Below are positions 23,226 to 37,852 of a stretch of DNA of 64,000 nucleotides, piece after piece; position 1 is the first letter of the stretch; every line of letters starts with the position of its first letter. Under the pieces are notes generated by a model. That model was given only the letters and a program-made list of their open reading frames with translations. It searched no databases and had not been told where the DNA came from. Both the position numbers and the translations under genes were made by a program. The stretch comes from Gnetum montanum. Its lineage: Eukaryota; Plantae; Gnetophyta. The stretch lies in NCBI GenBank assembly GCA_015680685.1, contig MNCI01001903.1:1-64000 (forward strand), given 5' to 3'.

Positions 23226-26200
23226 TGGCTTCAACACTTAAGAAAAAGTTATCACTTGCAAAAGAGACACAAAAGAGTCATGACAAGAAACATGAAGAAG
23301 AAGAGTGAAGTGTGCCTATTGTAACTAGGATTCCATACACATACAAATCCATATTATCCTAACTTTACATTTATCTTTCATTAGGATGAATAGCTGAGGT
23401 GCAGAGATTTGTAGAGGAACATAGTTTTACCTCATGAACATTCAACACCATCAATGCTACAGGCAACCTTAATGAGGTTGAATTTGGGCCATGCACAAGA
23501 AGGATATCATGTCACCAAATACATGACCAAGTTATTTTAACCTACGAAAGCACAAGTAAGAAGGGATGCTGCTATGGAGATAAGACATGAAAACAACAAA
23601 AGAAAGAAAGTAAACCATAGTGTTGTTCTAGAGGAAACCAATGATGATGCATTCCGAATGGAAAAAATCTACCACAACTATGAATCCCATTCATAGATGT
23701 CTATCATTCATCTAGATGAACCTATTAAGGTACAACTACATTTGGCCTTTGCGAAGATACTTAGAAGAGATGCAAAAGACTCTAAACATAGGAAAACCTA
23801 AAGGCCTAGAGCTTTTGCAAAATTACAAAGGGATAAATCATGGAGTCATAGAAGGAGAACCAACCGACATTATTCTCCAACTACTTCCTCTTCCTCACAA
23901 TCATCAACAAAATCTAATACAAGGGAACAAAGACTTAGAGATTACAATAAGATGTAGAGATCATGAGAGGAATGAATATTGTAGAGGGTATCCTAATGAA
24001 GAAGAAGAAGAGTATGACCAAAGAAGAGATAGGATTAGGCATGAAGAAAAAGAGCACTATGAGTACTAAAGGGGTTACCACTACAACCAAGCTCATGAAC
24101 CTAATAATCATAAAGAACCCCTACTAGCCACTCGTAGTATGATTAACATCAAAGAGGTAGTATATATTCCTAATAGGCATAGTAGGGATAGTTGCATCAA
24201 GTGACTAGTCATGAATAACATTCCCAAATTTGAAGGTGGATATAATGTAGATCCATAGCATCATCTTCAAGATTTCCATGATGCTTGTGCCCTTCAAAAT
24301 ATTTAGAGTGAATGGAAGAAGTTAAAGTTGTTTTCTAGAACACTCATTAAGGAGGCAGAGAGCTAGAACAGATCCTTAGAACTAGAATCAATTCAAAGAT
24401 GGAGTAGCATGTTAGAGCTTTTTAATGATAAGTATCAAACCTACTCAAGAGTGTCTAATTTAAGAAAAAAAATCTAAGCATGGAAGTAAGAGACACATGA
24501 ATATCTTGATGTACTAATTGGCATATATTATTCTTTATTTCATAGATGCTTAGGCGATGGATTTTCACAAAGGGAACAATTGAGGCATATTGTTGATGGG
24601 TCAAGGAACAAGACCAGAGAAACCCCTAGGATCTATGCCTAATGAAGATTATTAGAAATGACACCCCGTCAAATTCAAAGGTTGATATACTAAGTGGCCA
24701 AAGAAGAAGAAGAATTAAAAAAAAAAGGAAATTAGTTGAAGAATACAACCAAGATTCTTCAATAAGGAAAAGAGATGTTAGAATGTGTGATAGATGAGAA
24801 GATGAAACTTTGAGGATGTCATTCAAAAGAAGACTCTATCCATTCAAAAATTGATCAATGACATAGCAAAAAAGGTAGAGAAAATATGGGACTTAACAGA
24901 TGAGAAATTCACTACAACTCTTAACATAGTAGAAGAGAAGATTGAACAAGCACTAAACAAGGGCAAAGAAAAGAAGAAAAGAAGAGATAACAAACAAGAA
25001 AATTACAAACACAAAGGAAAAGGTGCTATAGTTGAGGAATTCACTAAATCCAGTTCAGAAGATGAAGAAGGATGCAAAGTGTGCTAATATGAAAATCCTA
25101 AGGGATGTTGTCCTATCATGGGGCATATGCACTTAATCTAAGATTCATTAAGAAACAAATGTGAAGATCATTACCTTATCCATAGGATAATCTTAGACAA
25201 TCCTTCCAACCATCATACTATCCAAGTGGAGCCTATCCTCAACCACAAGAGTAATACCAATAGTGGTGGCAACAACCACAAACATGGGGAATGCCATCAT
25301 TGAGGCAACAATATCCATATAGGCAACTAGGTCCTTATGGATATTACATTGAACATCCAATCTTTCCTATAAATGTTTCAATCCATACTTCTTCTCAATA
25401 CTATCTACCAAAGTATTACAAGTTGACTACTCCAGGAATGGATCCTAATTCTTACACACATCAACCAATAGTTAGTTCATCAACCCAACCTTCTAACTTT
25501 TTAGCAATAATACTACCACTAGTTATGCAAGCAGAACTTCCATCACAATCATAGCAAAAAAGTGCTACGAGGACAATAAATATATAGAAAGAGGATCATA
25601 CCAGTGATAGTAAACATACATCTTGAAAATTTCCTTTCTTTAGGACAAGTTTAGAAAAGTTTGATAGAGCAAGGAATTCATCCAAAAAAGTTTCTCTATG
25701 AGAAATCCTCCTATAAACACCATGCTTCTACAATAATCAAATCAAAAGATTACAACTATCATGCTAACTAATATAGTATCAAATTGAATAAAATAAAGAG
25801 CACCTCCCAAGAAAAGAATAGATCCTGAAAATCCTTTGATTTATTTATAGATTTCTAGAAATTCACCATGCAAGGCTCTACTAGGCTCAAGGTTTGGAGT
25901 TAATATGATATCTTAGGAAACATATAAGGTATAGAACCTACCACCCTTAAAGAAGTGCAACATAATACTAGAGCTTGCAAATAAATCTATTACCATTCCT
26001 TTAGAACAAGTAGAAGATGTAGTGACCACCATCAATCAATGGTCTTATCCAGTAGATTTTCTTGTGATTGAAATGAAGAATGATAACAAGATATTTCCTA
26101 TCTTTATGGAGAGAGCATGACTTAGCACAATTGATACTATGTTAGGAATGAGAGACCTATCATTGGAAATTTCCAAGTAAGATGAGCAAGGAGCCATACA

Positions 26201-26620
26201 TACACAATGAATCTTATGCATTACTGATGATATAGAAGGATGTGGTTGTGGACCAAAACTTCAAAATGATAATACGATCCTTACACTAGCCCACAAAAAA
26301 TGTGAAAAATAAGTGTGTGCAAAAAAAGAGACAATGACCACTAAACCAAAAGACACCTGGTAGTCAAAAGATGAGAACATGAAATTGTCCAAAACATGCA
26401 TGGAAACATCTAACTCACTTATTAGTTCCTATTCCAAGAAAATTATCCAAATTGAGAATTTACAAAAGAACATCATAAACCATAATCATATAGCAATAGA
26501 TAGTGGAAATGGAGACTCAAAACTTAAATATAAGAATAAACAAGAAAATATAGTTGGACCTTCTGAAATGAAAAGACCATCTAATCCAATAGAATATGTA
26601 TCTTCAAAAGAATAGAATTT
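23226..26620 (+). pseudogene. A3 degenerate gag-protease
   Basis: IPKFEGGYNVDP.HHLQDFHDAC...KLKLF.RTL (gag); LELANKS...VEDV.....YPVDFLV (Athila-type protease); start approximate. Confidence 0.8.
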
Positions 26621-27559
26621 GATTATCATTAATGTTACATGGGATAATAAAAAAATTTAAATCATTAAGGATAATAAATAAGAAACCTAGAGTGTATGAT
26701 ATTAAGGAACTAGGATCCATTTTTCCAAACGCTCATCCATGAGTTTAGTCATTGGGGAGATGCCCTATCTTGACTTATGACTGGATAAGTGCTTTTCAAT
26801 TTTTTTTTTTGTTTTTTAATTTTTTGGTTTATAATTTTTTGCTGTACTTTTTACTTTTCTTACTAATTTTTCACATTCTTGATATATTTTCTATTCTTTT
26901 ATACTTTTCTCATTTCTTAATGATTTGCTATTGTTTGATATCTTTTAAATTCTTTCTCTATTTTTTCATTCTTATCTTTTTTCTATGATTTTTCATCATT
27001 TTTTTTACATGTTTTTGTTAATTTTCTGATAAAGTGAAAAGGAAGAAAGCAAGATAAGTCCTAATAATGTGAAAATTACCCTATGTTATCAAATTATGGA
27101 AGGACTACTTATATATATAGTGAGACCACATCATCCATCCATTCATTTCCAATAATAAGAGATTCTTATCATGGCCATAATGATATTCTTTTCACAATAA
27201 AACTAAAATAAACTTGTGATCATTATGCCTATATAGAAAATGAAAAGGGTATGACATCAAGGGGATTTGTGGAGTCTCTAAGACTACTACTATGAGTTTT
27301 ATCTTGTTGTTAAGGCTATATAATTTTCTTGATTTTTAAGAAAAAATGAAAGTATAAGTACAATAAGTGCTACCTTACCATGTCATTGGAAAGACATGTT
27401 ACACATGCCTAAGGGTAGTTATTTGGTAAGGTAGACATAGTAAAAATATAATAAAGGCACCAAATAAATTTCTTAGGGGTCCCATTGGAAAGACATGTTA
27501 CCCATGGCTAAAGATAGGTGGCTTTTCATAAATCTCAAACATAGAACAATCTGCACAAT

Positions 27560-30220
27560 CTTTCAATATTCATCAACAAACTCCTTCCATTGAACAATCT
27601 GCATAAGCTAAGATAGAGGCAACACCAACTCCTAAATAAGGAAAATACCTCATGCTATTACCAGAATGCCCCCAATTCATGCAAGAAGAGTCCATCATAT
27701 CCACAATCATTGAGGAATTGAATTTTGGACCATTCATGGAGTTTGCTCCTGAGAGTGTCAAATTCCAACTTCAAGCCTCTCCTCTATAGTTCACTCTCTC
27801 ATGTAATGTTAAATAGTACTTAGGAGAGGTGTACTAATTTTAGAGAAATAAGAAAGATAATGCAACTATTAAGATTGGGGGAGTCTCAATGCCTTATTTT
27901 TTAGAAGTCATTGCAAAGGCACTTAACATTCCCAATGTTGGAAGAAATGTAGCGAATATATCAACCAAATTTAACACAGATGTAAAGAAGATATGGCTAT
28001 AGAGAGCCCACAGAAAAGAAGACAAGGATTATAGTGAATTAATTGTTGAAAAAGTTCTATTTCAAGATTGGGACTTATCACTTGTTTCCAACTAAGAGTC
28101 TCAACAAGATTTTCACATATGTTGCCAGAGGAAGTGTAATTATAATGGAAAAATTTAATGTAAACATAGCACATATAATCTTCCTAGAAAGCCAAAGAGG
28201 GTTTAAAAAAAATAAGGTAGGAAATCTCACATTATCATTCCCTTACCTAATAAGAAAGTTGTACAAACAACTAGGGATTCTAGGACATACAAATGATGTC
28301 TTCTAAAATGCCTAGAATGCATCCTATGTTGAGATGTTCAAGCTAGTGCCACCAAAGAAAGATCAACTTGAGAATCCAACAAGCATTAAGGGAGTAGTAG
28401 GATTCACACTCACAAACAATATTCTATCAATAGGATAGAAAGAATACATAGGACCCACTAGATCAATGCCTGCTGATGATAGACCTAAATAGAGAAGTCC
28501 AACTGCACAACAGGATTATAAACCTTTAATGAGTTACTTACAAAAAATAGTAGAAACTATTAGCTAGGGAGTAAGAAAAGGTTATGCTCTATATAGAACA
28601 AGGAATAAATCCATAAGACCTAAAATATCAATAGGGCCTACTAATGGATAGGTATCTCTATAGGTGGGAGAGGATGATGACTAGGTGCAACAGATCTTAG
28701 AGAACGTTGCATCTTTCCAAGTGATATTAGAAACCAGAGAAGAAGCCATAATAGTGATCATGTAACACTAGGATGTAGCAGGAGTAGTAGAAGTGATCAC
28801 TTATAGTATCAAGAAATCCTTTAATGTTTCCATTATGCCACTGATAAATATTACTAGACCTAGAGACATGCAAATGTTAGCTGGAACATTGATGACCCAA
28901 GTAGAGCATGAGGATGCCCTTGATCGACTACTATAGATAGGCTAAGTTATGCAAAATATTTTTGATATCCCTAGTGATATTACTACAGTGTAGTTGGATC
29001 TTATCTCAACAAAGGATAAATTGGTCATGGTCAAAATAAGAGTAGAACATGCAAAGAACAAAGTGCAATGGTTGCAAGCTAACTTAGTAGCTTTAAATGC
29101 ATAAAGAAGATACCTTGCATAGTACATAGCACCAGACCAGTTACAACAATTCAAAATGGAAAAGGTAAGGTAGTTGATAGCCTAGAACATCCAAGTGGAG
29201 ATGGAGAAGGAGAAAGCAATTTGGAACATATCTATGGTTTAAGCACAGACCTATGCACATGCCAAAGCCATTATTTCCTTGGAAGAAGAGAATAAGAAGC
29301 TTGCTGATAATAACACAAGGTTGATAAATATAAAAAAGTAGAAGTATGTTCTTGAGGAAAGGATTCATCAACTACGAGAACAATTCATCTGAGCCAACCA
29401 AGACATGAAGAAATTGGCCAAAGAAAATTGTACCCTATCAATGGAAGAAGTCTATGCAATCTGCCAATAGCCAACAATTGAAATAAGTGCATGGAAAATG
29501 AGGTTAAAAATCATGAAAGGCTCAAGGAGCACTTTAGAGTTGAGGTGGGCATGTATAAGCAAATTAATGAGAAAGAAATCTAGATGGCTAAAGCCAAAAT
29601 TAGTTCATTCACAACATAGACACCAAACTGGCAACCAATTCTAGATAGCCTTACCCATGTCCACCAAACTAAAGTGAAAAATAAAAAATTGCAAATAGAA
29701 GATCTTACACAAGTCATGGGGTTAGAAAATCTTTGGTACACTAACCTAGCCATGTTGATAGTAGGAAGTCCAAAAAATGAACTTGAGAAATAGGTAGTGA
29801 CAATTTATCCAATGGATGAAAAGGAGTTTGCAGATCAAAAGGATGCATAGTAAAAATTACATGTTTCAAACTTTGAGCTTGAAGTAGTTAAAGTTAGCTA
29901 CCAAGGATAAAAGGATGGAGCAAAAAAATTGGCTCATTGAGTGAATGACTATCAATAATTAAAAAATCTAGCCAAGGTATTTGAAGAAGAAAGACAACAG
30001 TTTGTGGCCTGGTATGTTAAAGCAAATAAGATGTTCCCATAACTACCATGCACATGGGAGGTACCAACGTCATCAAAAATCATAGAATTTGCATGGATAG
30101 TACATGATCCTTGGTTAGAAAAAGAAAATATTCGGGCACTCCTCTATAGATATCAATTCCAGACACTTGATGATAAAGGAAAGAAGCTGATGGAAGACTT
30201 ACCACTACTAGGAACTTAAA
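27560..30220 (+). pseudogene. A3 degenerate additional sense ORF (Athila 'env-like'/ORF2 type, coiled-coil C-terminal half)
   Basis: IKIGGVSMPY..EVIAKALNIPNVG, LFPTKS, NVNIAHIIF, LSFPYLIRKL resemble Athila extra-ORF motifs; E/K/Q-rich downstream; many stops. Confidence 0.65.
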
Positions 30221-30419
30221 GGTTACATCAAGCTATTTTATTTTATTTTGTTTTCAAATATGTCAATTTTGTTAAAACACCACTCAAACCACAATGTGGC
30301 ATTCAGAGTCAAGTATATAGGTAGTTATGTTAGGTTGAGTACACCTCCCAATTTTATAAAGGACTCTATCCTCCTTTTGTTTTAACTCAAGGCCAACTTT
30401 CTAGTTAGTTGTGGGGGTA

Positions 30420-31330
30420 TGATAAAACTAATTTTGACCAACCATAATATTGTATTTATGACATCACATCAATAATATTATAGCTTCGATATCATAGTCC
30501 ATCCTACATCATCATTGATACAATGTATTGGAAATTGTGTAGTCTTATAAATATCAACACTTGGTTGTATTAGTAACAACTTTATTTCATCCCTTAGCAA
30601 AACTCTTGCAGTTTTTTTCTTAGTTAGACTTAGTGATAGAGTGAATGGTTGTAGTGTGGTGTTAAACAGTTGTACAACATCTTTATTTGACTGGATTGTA
30701 CTTGGAAATAGTTCATGAATAGAAATAAAGATTGAGATTTTTTTCCACCATTGCAGCATCCACTTAGTTCTTTTATTTTACCTAGCTAATTTCTTACTTA
30801 GTTTAATTTTCATGTTTACTTTAGCTTAGTTCTTTACATTTCTAAAGTACTTTACTTTTCATGCTCATTAGTAAGGAAAAATAAGTATAGTTGGTTTTGA
30901 ATGTTAAGTGTAATTGTTTGATAACCCAGTAGTGATTTCACTTGATTCACTCATTAGTGAACTTACTTAGTAATCCAAATAATGATTACATGAGCCCAGG
31001 ATGTGTATGGTAAACCAAGAATGGATGCTCATCACCATAAGAAAGAGTAGAATTACATTTTTGTTATTACTTAGACTTAGAGTTTATCTTCACTTTTATC
31101 ATGGAAGTAATTAGGATTAAATCAAGCCAACAACATCAACATATCATGTGCTTTACTTATGGTTAAAACATACACTTGCACTTCACTAACTTGAAGTGGG
31201 AAGACAACAATCTCAAACCTACAATCAACTCCTAGCATACTTACATTATCTATCCATGAATTATGATATGGTCCTATGCATGCACTCATGACTTGTATGG
31301 TGGTGTGTTGGGATACCCTACCATTCATCA
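30420..31330 (+). repeat. A3 3' LTR
   Basis: Follows the PPT; 911 bp; followed by TSD. Confidence 0.93.
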
Positions 31331-31459
31331 TAGATAATACTTTGAAAATCTCATAATTTTTTTAAAAAGACCATCCTAAAGTTAAATTTTATACCAAAAT
31401 TCTAAAATAAAATTCACAAGATTGAGTACCATCAACCACATTGCTTACTCAAGCCTTCT

Positions 31460-32960
31460 TCATGAACCAAATGATGTTCAAGAAGCCTTAAAATTGATAG
31501 TACAAAAATAGACCATGAAGAAAGAATATAATGCTATTATGAAGTTGAGATGCTAAAAGGTAAGAAGGTAATATATACTAAATTGATTTGTAAAAATAGA
31601 ATTTAATGAAAAGAATAAAGTTACAACCTATAAGGCTAGGTTAGTTGCAAGAGGATTCAAGTAAAATAAATTTGTTGACTATGATGAGATTTTTGCTTTT
31701 GTAGCAAGATTTGAAATTATCAAATTCATCATATTCATTGTTGTACATTATAACATTAAAATTCATCAAATTCATGTAAATTTAACATTCCTAAATAGCT
31801 ACTTAGTAAAGGAAGTCTACATTGAAAAACCTAAAGGCTTTATTATCAAAGGAGAAGAGAGAAAAGTATGCAAACTAATCAAAGTTCTTTATGAATTGAA
31901 GTACGTATTGAAAGTTTAGTTTTATAAAATAAAGAAATATTTATTAAAGGATAGATGTAAATCTTACATATTTAATCCCACGCTTTGCAACAAACATGCT
32001 AAAAAGGATTTCATCTTCATTTCACTTTATGTTGATGATTTAGTATTTTTTGAAACTACTAAAAATTTGGCTATTACGTTAAGAAAATAATAGGATGAAA
32101 GAATTTTAAATGAATAACTTGGACTTTCTTGGATGATTTTTTGACATTCAAGTATGTTAATATGATGATTATTTAAAATTTCATCAAACTAAATATGTTT
32201 AGTCAATAATTGAAAAATATGGCATGAATGAAGAGAATATTGTTTCAAAACCATTACTTCAAGATTAAAACCTCAATTTGAAAAATTAGTTCTTTATTAT
32301 TTTCATTGTACTATAAAAGAATAATTAGTTCTTTAATATTTTCATGTCAAAGTAGGCCTAATATAGAGTTGATCACTTCCTATCTTTTGTGATTTATGTA
32401 AGAACATAGAACATCTCATCTTCATCTTCTCAAGCATGTACTCAAATATATTAAAGGTACATATGATTTTGAGCTGAATTTTGTAAAAGAAATTGAAAAT
32501 TTCATGCATATATTAAGATGCGAATTGAGAAGATCACATTAATAATAAGAAATACACTTTGGATGCTTTTATTTTTCATGAACAAAATTCAATATTTAAG
32601 AGGTAAGAAAGCAAAGTTTAGTTAATTAATCTTCATGGGAGGCTAAATTTGTGTTAATAGTTGAGTGTCTTCAACACATTTTATGGCTCAAAAGCTACTT
32701 TCTCACATTGGATTTGAGGTACGCACTTGTATTAATTTATTTAACAATTATATAGCAACAATAGATCTCTTAAAAGAACATGTTTTTCATAAGAAGTCAA
32801 AGCACATTAGCCTTAAGTATTATTTGATAAAAGATGAAGTTATAGAAGGAATTTCCAAGGCACCATATTTGGAGACCAAATACCACCTCATAGACATATT
32901 TACCAAGTCCATTCATATTAATATCATTTCTTGCTTACATGTCAATTGGACATTACATAT
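31460..32960 (+). pseudogene. Degenerate Ty1/copia RT-RNase H
   Basis: YKARLVARGF, EVYIEKPKGF, LYVDDL, FHKKSKHI, DIFTK. Confidence 0.92.
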
Positions 32961-32972
32961 TAAAGGAGGAAC

Positions 32973-34703
32973 TGTTAGTGTAGTGTGAATGGCATGTGCT
33001 ATCTCATGTATTTTATATATTTCTTTTGTTTCAAGTTAATTGTATGGTCACTTTTATGTTTTTAATATTCTTTTATTCGAAGTATTTTATGTTCATTTTT
33101 CAAACATTAAGTCTTAAAAGGCATTGTATTCAAACTATCTTAATTTGAAGGAATTCCAAAAATTTCTTGAGCTTATCTTAAGGTATCTTTACATGTTCAT
33201 ATATTTCTCTCTCATTTTCTTACAATCTCATTCCATTTCATATTTTTCATTCATTATCCCATTCTTGCATTTGTTTTACTTCATAGTTATCAAAAATGAG
33301 AAATAGAGCAACATGACAGCAACAAAAATGAGATGAAAAATGTTTGAATGAAAGGTTGTTGATGTAAAAGTATTTACAAATTTTGGTAATATTATATATA
33401 ATTTTAAATATGTTTATGTTAAAAATGCATTAGGATTAAAAATATTTGGATAAGAATAAAAGAAAATTGTATTTATGTTAACATTGAACTTATTAGACTA
33501 TTCAATTCTATTTATTTTTAAAATTTTAGATGATATTTAATTTCATAAACTTAGAAAACCTTTGAACTTGGTTGCAACAATTAACACCAAAAGAAACCAT
33601 GATTTGAAAATGGTTTTTGTTGTAGAAACATAAAAAGCAAAATATTCCAAATCTTCATATTTCTAGCAACTAGGATTGACCTTCATTTACATTTCATTTT
33701 CATAACAATATGACATATCTCATACATATTTTGATCATTTTTGCTTAATCTCTATTAGATTTTATATACTTCATAACATTTACATCATTTTTTATGCTTC
33801 ATTGAAGTTACAATTTTGACCAAATTATCACGAACTATACCTTTTGAATTCTTGTTTGGGATTTTGAATCATGTTTCTTAAAAATATTTTGAAATTTATT
33901 ATTAATAATTTATACACTTGGATTTCTATAGGAATCTTTAATTATAGTTTTAATTACCATGATTCTTAAATAATTTTTGCAAATACATGCATGATCCAAA
34001 GTTTCATCAATCCAAATTATTCAATTCCACAATTCTATAATTCTAAATCTCATCAAACATAAATCATTTTATATTTAAATTGAAGTAAAACTCAAGCTTT
34101 TATATCAAATTTGTTTCATCTTCCAACCCTAAGTTCATCATTTCATTAAATCTCTAATCTTTGAATATAAAATTCAATCCATTTCACTCAAAAAATTAAT
34201 AAATTTATATTTGTTTCATTATGAGCATACTAAATTCAAATTCTAAGTAAAATAATATCAAAGTTCATCAAAACATGCAAAAAATTTGAAGTCAGTGGAT
34301 TGTTTGGAGACCACCAATCCACTGACTTCCAATAATAGAAAAGAAACATTGTAGGTGCTTATTGCCTCTTACAGTCTTCAAAAATACAATACAATTTGAT
34401 TTAGCTTCATTGTTATTGCCACTTATCAATCAATGTAATCTAGTACAATAAGGTCTATTAAAAACTAGAGTATAGTGTAGTAGTTATTACCTCCAATAAT
34501 GTCTATCAACAAGAAATTAAAAAAGGTATCCCTCCAAGTTCCCCCCTAACCATCAACAAGAAGTTAAAAAAGCTATCCCTATAGGTTCCTCCCCACCCAT
34601 CTCAAGCAATAAGCTTATTTTTTCATTCTCAAGCAATAAGCTCATATTTTCAAATTAAAAAAAAAATAAAAAATTTCTACAAGCTTTTGTTATGCTTCTA
34701 ACA
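32973..34703 (+). repeat. Copia 3' LTR, with insertions
   Basis: TGTTAG...CTAACA termini; homologous to the 5' LTR. Confidence 0.75.
33284..33672. mobile_element. ~390 bp MITE-like insertion in the copia 3' LTR
   Basis: Absent from the 5' LTR; imperfect inverted ends TAGTTATCAAAAAT / ATTTCTAGCAACTA. Confidence 0.45.
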
Positions 34704-35574
34704 TGTAGAGCAAGATTATCTCCTATGATAATCCTATAAATATGTGTATGAGAGAAATTGAGACTTTATCATATTATTCATTGTATATATTAGATACACT
34801 TGGTATATATAGCATAAAATTGGAATCCATTTTCAAGGTAATGTGCTAAAGTAATTAACATAGTTTTAAAAAAAATTAAAAGTGACTTTACATCAATATT
34901 CTGCTTTTTCATAAATGTTGTGTAGACATAGTTCAAAAAAATCACACAAATACATATATGTTGTCTATACTCAATTTAATCACTCTTGCATCATTTGCAT
35001 GGTTATTTGTGCATACTAGATTTTATATCATCTCTTTATTTCTATTTTAAAATAATGTTAAGCCATCCTTGCTTTGACAATTTGTATCTTCAGTTGAAGA
35101 GATATAGATACTCTAAAATGTAATTCTACTTGATCATGACTTTCTCCTCTAATCTTTTATCAGTTAAAATTTTTTATTTTATTAATTTTTTTCAAAAAGA
35201 ATTAAAGATTATTTCATCAGATTGAATGCATCTTTAAGAAATTAAGATAATTTAATACCATTATAACTTGTGAGTTTATGGTTTAGGTTAAATATTGACA
35301 CGATACTTCAGTTTCAATAGGTGTAACATTCCACTTTCTAAGAGTAAGATATCATGTCATGTTTGTGATTTGACTTTAAATTCACCCAATAAAAAAATTT
35401 ATTAAATCTTTTCCATTTCTTTAACCATCTTGTTGAAGGCCTATTTTCCAAATAGTACATCTATACAAAACTATTAGTTGAATAACTAAGAAAAAAGGTT
35501 AATTTTTGATTCTCCATGCCTATATATGTTTTTTGTTATATTTATTCTTAAGAGAAAACATAGTTTTCATTCTA

Positions 35575-37708
35575 AATGCTAAGGCTAATGTGGCTAATGT
35601 GCCGACAATGGCATTCTCATTGCGGGGAATGTGTTGGATATATATGGTTGTAAATTGTTTGAGCAAGTGCTTTGCCAAATTGCAACAAGGTTGTAAGTGT
35701 TGTGCTTTGCAAGCGTAAACCTCTATGACTTGGTTAATGACTAACTACAAATCACCTCGGATTGCTAGGTTTTGAATTCCTAGGTTGTGGGTTGCTAAGA
35801 CACCTCTAAGGATACCTTCATACTCTACTACATTGTTAGTTCAAGGAAATGCAAAGTAATAAGAAAAGGGTCAGATCTCCCTGGAGGAAAATGTGATTAT
35901 AGTAGCAGCACTACCCCCTTGAGAGGTTGAAGCACTGTCAAAGTGTAAGATTGTCTTAAAGTTAGTAGGCACTTGGCTTATGTTGCTAACATGCTCATCT
36001 GGAAATTCTAGATCTATTGTTGCTTGATCATTTATTAGTGAAGCTGTGAGTTGTGTGGCTATTTCTTGACCTTTAGTTGATTCTTGTGCTATGTAGCGCA
36101 AGTCAAACTCCACAGTTATTGCTTTCCACCATGCAATTTGACTACTTTCATAAATTTTTATGATTATTGCTCAAAGTACATTGCTCTTGTCGATGATGTT
36201 TACTTAGCTACAGAAAAGATAGTGTCTCCACTTCTTAAGTGTAAAGACTAAGGTAAGGCAATTCTTTTCCACATCATTGTATTTAGCTTCATGGGCCACC
36301 AATGCATTTCTTAGGTAGTATATAGGGACCTTTGAGCCATTGTCTCACTTTTGGCAAAGCAGAGAGGCGATGGACATGTTGGAGGTTGCAAGGTAGATGT
36401 AGAATGGTTTATCTCCTTGTAGAGGATAGACTATAGGAAGTTGAACTAGCTCTTATTTAAGGTTGTCAAATGCCTCTTGGCATTGAGCTATCCACTCAAA
36501 GTGAACCCCATTTTTGAGTAGATGTTGCATTGGCTGCAACTTGTCAATTAATTGGGCGATAAACCTACAAATGAATTGTAGTCTACCTTGTAACCCATGT
36601 AGCTCCTTAAGGTTAGTTGATGGTGCTAAGTTGATGATGGATTTAACCTTATCAGGATCTATGTGTATGCCTACTTCTGATACTATGAAACCTAGCATGT
36701 GATCCCTTTCGACACCGAAGAAATACTTCTTAGGATTCAATCTAAGGTCATGTCTTAGGCAACATTTGAGTACATGTCTAAGTCATCTACATGGTCATGT
36801 GTTGCCTTGGACTTAACTGCTATGTTGTCAACATAGTCATTAAGCAAGTCTAGCAAATAATTGTTGAAGATGTATGTCATAGCTTGTTGATAAGTTGCTC
36901 CTGTGTTCTTTACTTTGAAAGGCATCATTGTCTAGTAGAACGTACCCCAAGGAGTCATGAAGGTAGTATTGAGTTGGTTCTCTAGGTTGATCTAAATCTA
37001 GTTATAACTAGAGAACCTCTCCATAAAGGACAATAAGGCATGGATAGCTGTAGTATCAACCAGTTGATCAATACTAGGCAACGGGAAGTTGACTTTAATG
37101 GTTGCCTTGTTTCGGTCCCGAAAGTCTATGCAAATGCGTATGCTCCCATTTTTGTTAGGTACAACTATGATGTTAGAGACCTAGTCTACATAGTCAACGA
37201 CCTAGATGAAACTAGCTTTGTAAAGCTTAGTGATTTCATCACGAACTATCAACGTCACCTCAGGACTAACCTTGTAGGTTTTCTTCTTGACTAGTTTTAT
37301 GCGAGGATCGAGGATTATATTGTGCTACACTATGCCAAGATCTAGGCCTGGCATATCTTCATAAGACCATGCAAATTCCTTGATATTATCATTGAGGACT
37401 TTGGCAATTCTTTGGACATGTTGAGGCTATAACAAGGAACTAAGTTTTAGTGTTTTCATCTCACCACTAAGTGTTGTCATAAGGACTTCAACAAGGGGAT
37501 CCTCAATGACATCACTTGCCTCTAGGTCTAGAACTTTGACTAGATGGTTTGGCCAATCTAGCAGTGTCTTTACAAATGCAATATGTTCATCACAAGCTCA
37601 AGGCTCAAGGTCTAGGCATTTGGTATCGATGTATCATGTGAGGTCATCATGTGGCCTAGTGAAAACCAAAGGTGAACGAGGGTGCCTGCACATGCTCATG
37701 TTGTAATC
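35575..37708 (-). pseudogene. T1 degenerate RT, RNase H and additional (archaeal-type) RNase H
   Basis: FAWSYEDMPGLD, ICIDFRD.NKA, LMEGFSSYN, YVDNIAV, LNPKK, EFDLRY, LHFDSAS, NNVVEYEG, IRGD..LVINQV, HIPRNEN. Confidence 0.92.
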
Positions 37709-37852
37709 CTGCCAAGTATTTTGCAAAATAACCAAAAGGAACATCAAGCCATACCTATCTTAGATGAAGTCAAAATGCATAAAATAAGGAAAGAAATGCA
37801 GTGAAAATTCACCTAATTGTGCAAATGTGAACTTAGAGAAGCAAGTATGTAG

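Larger units (their letters stand above)
22166..31330 (+). mobile_element. Complete non-autonomous Athila-like element A3 (gag-PR and extra ORF, no RT/RH/INT), TSD TAGAT
   Basis: LTRs 22166-23078 and 30420-31330; perfect TSD at 22161-22165 and 31331-31335; PBS TGGTGTCGTTGCCAAGGAT (decayed tRNA-Asp type); PPT TTGTGGGGGTA. Confidence 0.93.
20255..34703 (+). mobile_element. Old, internally deleted Ty1/copia element hosting the A3 insertion
   Basis: LTR pair starting TGTTAGTG at 20255 and 32973; PBS TGGTATTAAAGC (tRNA-iMet type) 21349-21360; PPT AAAGGAGGAAC 32962-32972; RT/RH remnants; no TSD recognisable. Confidence 0.8.
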
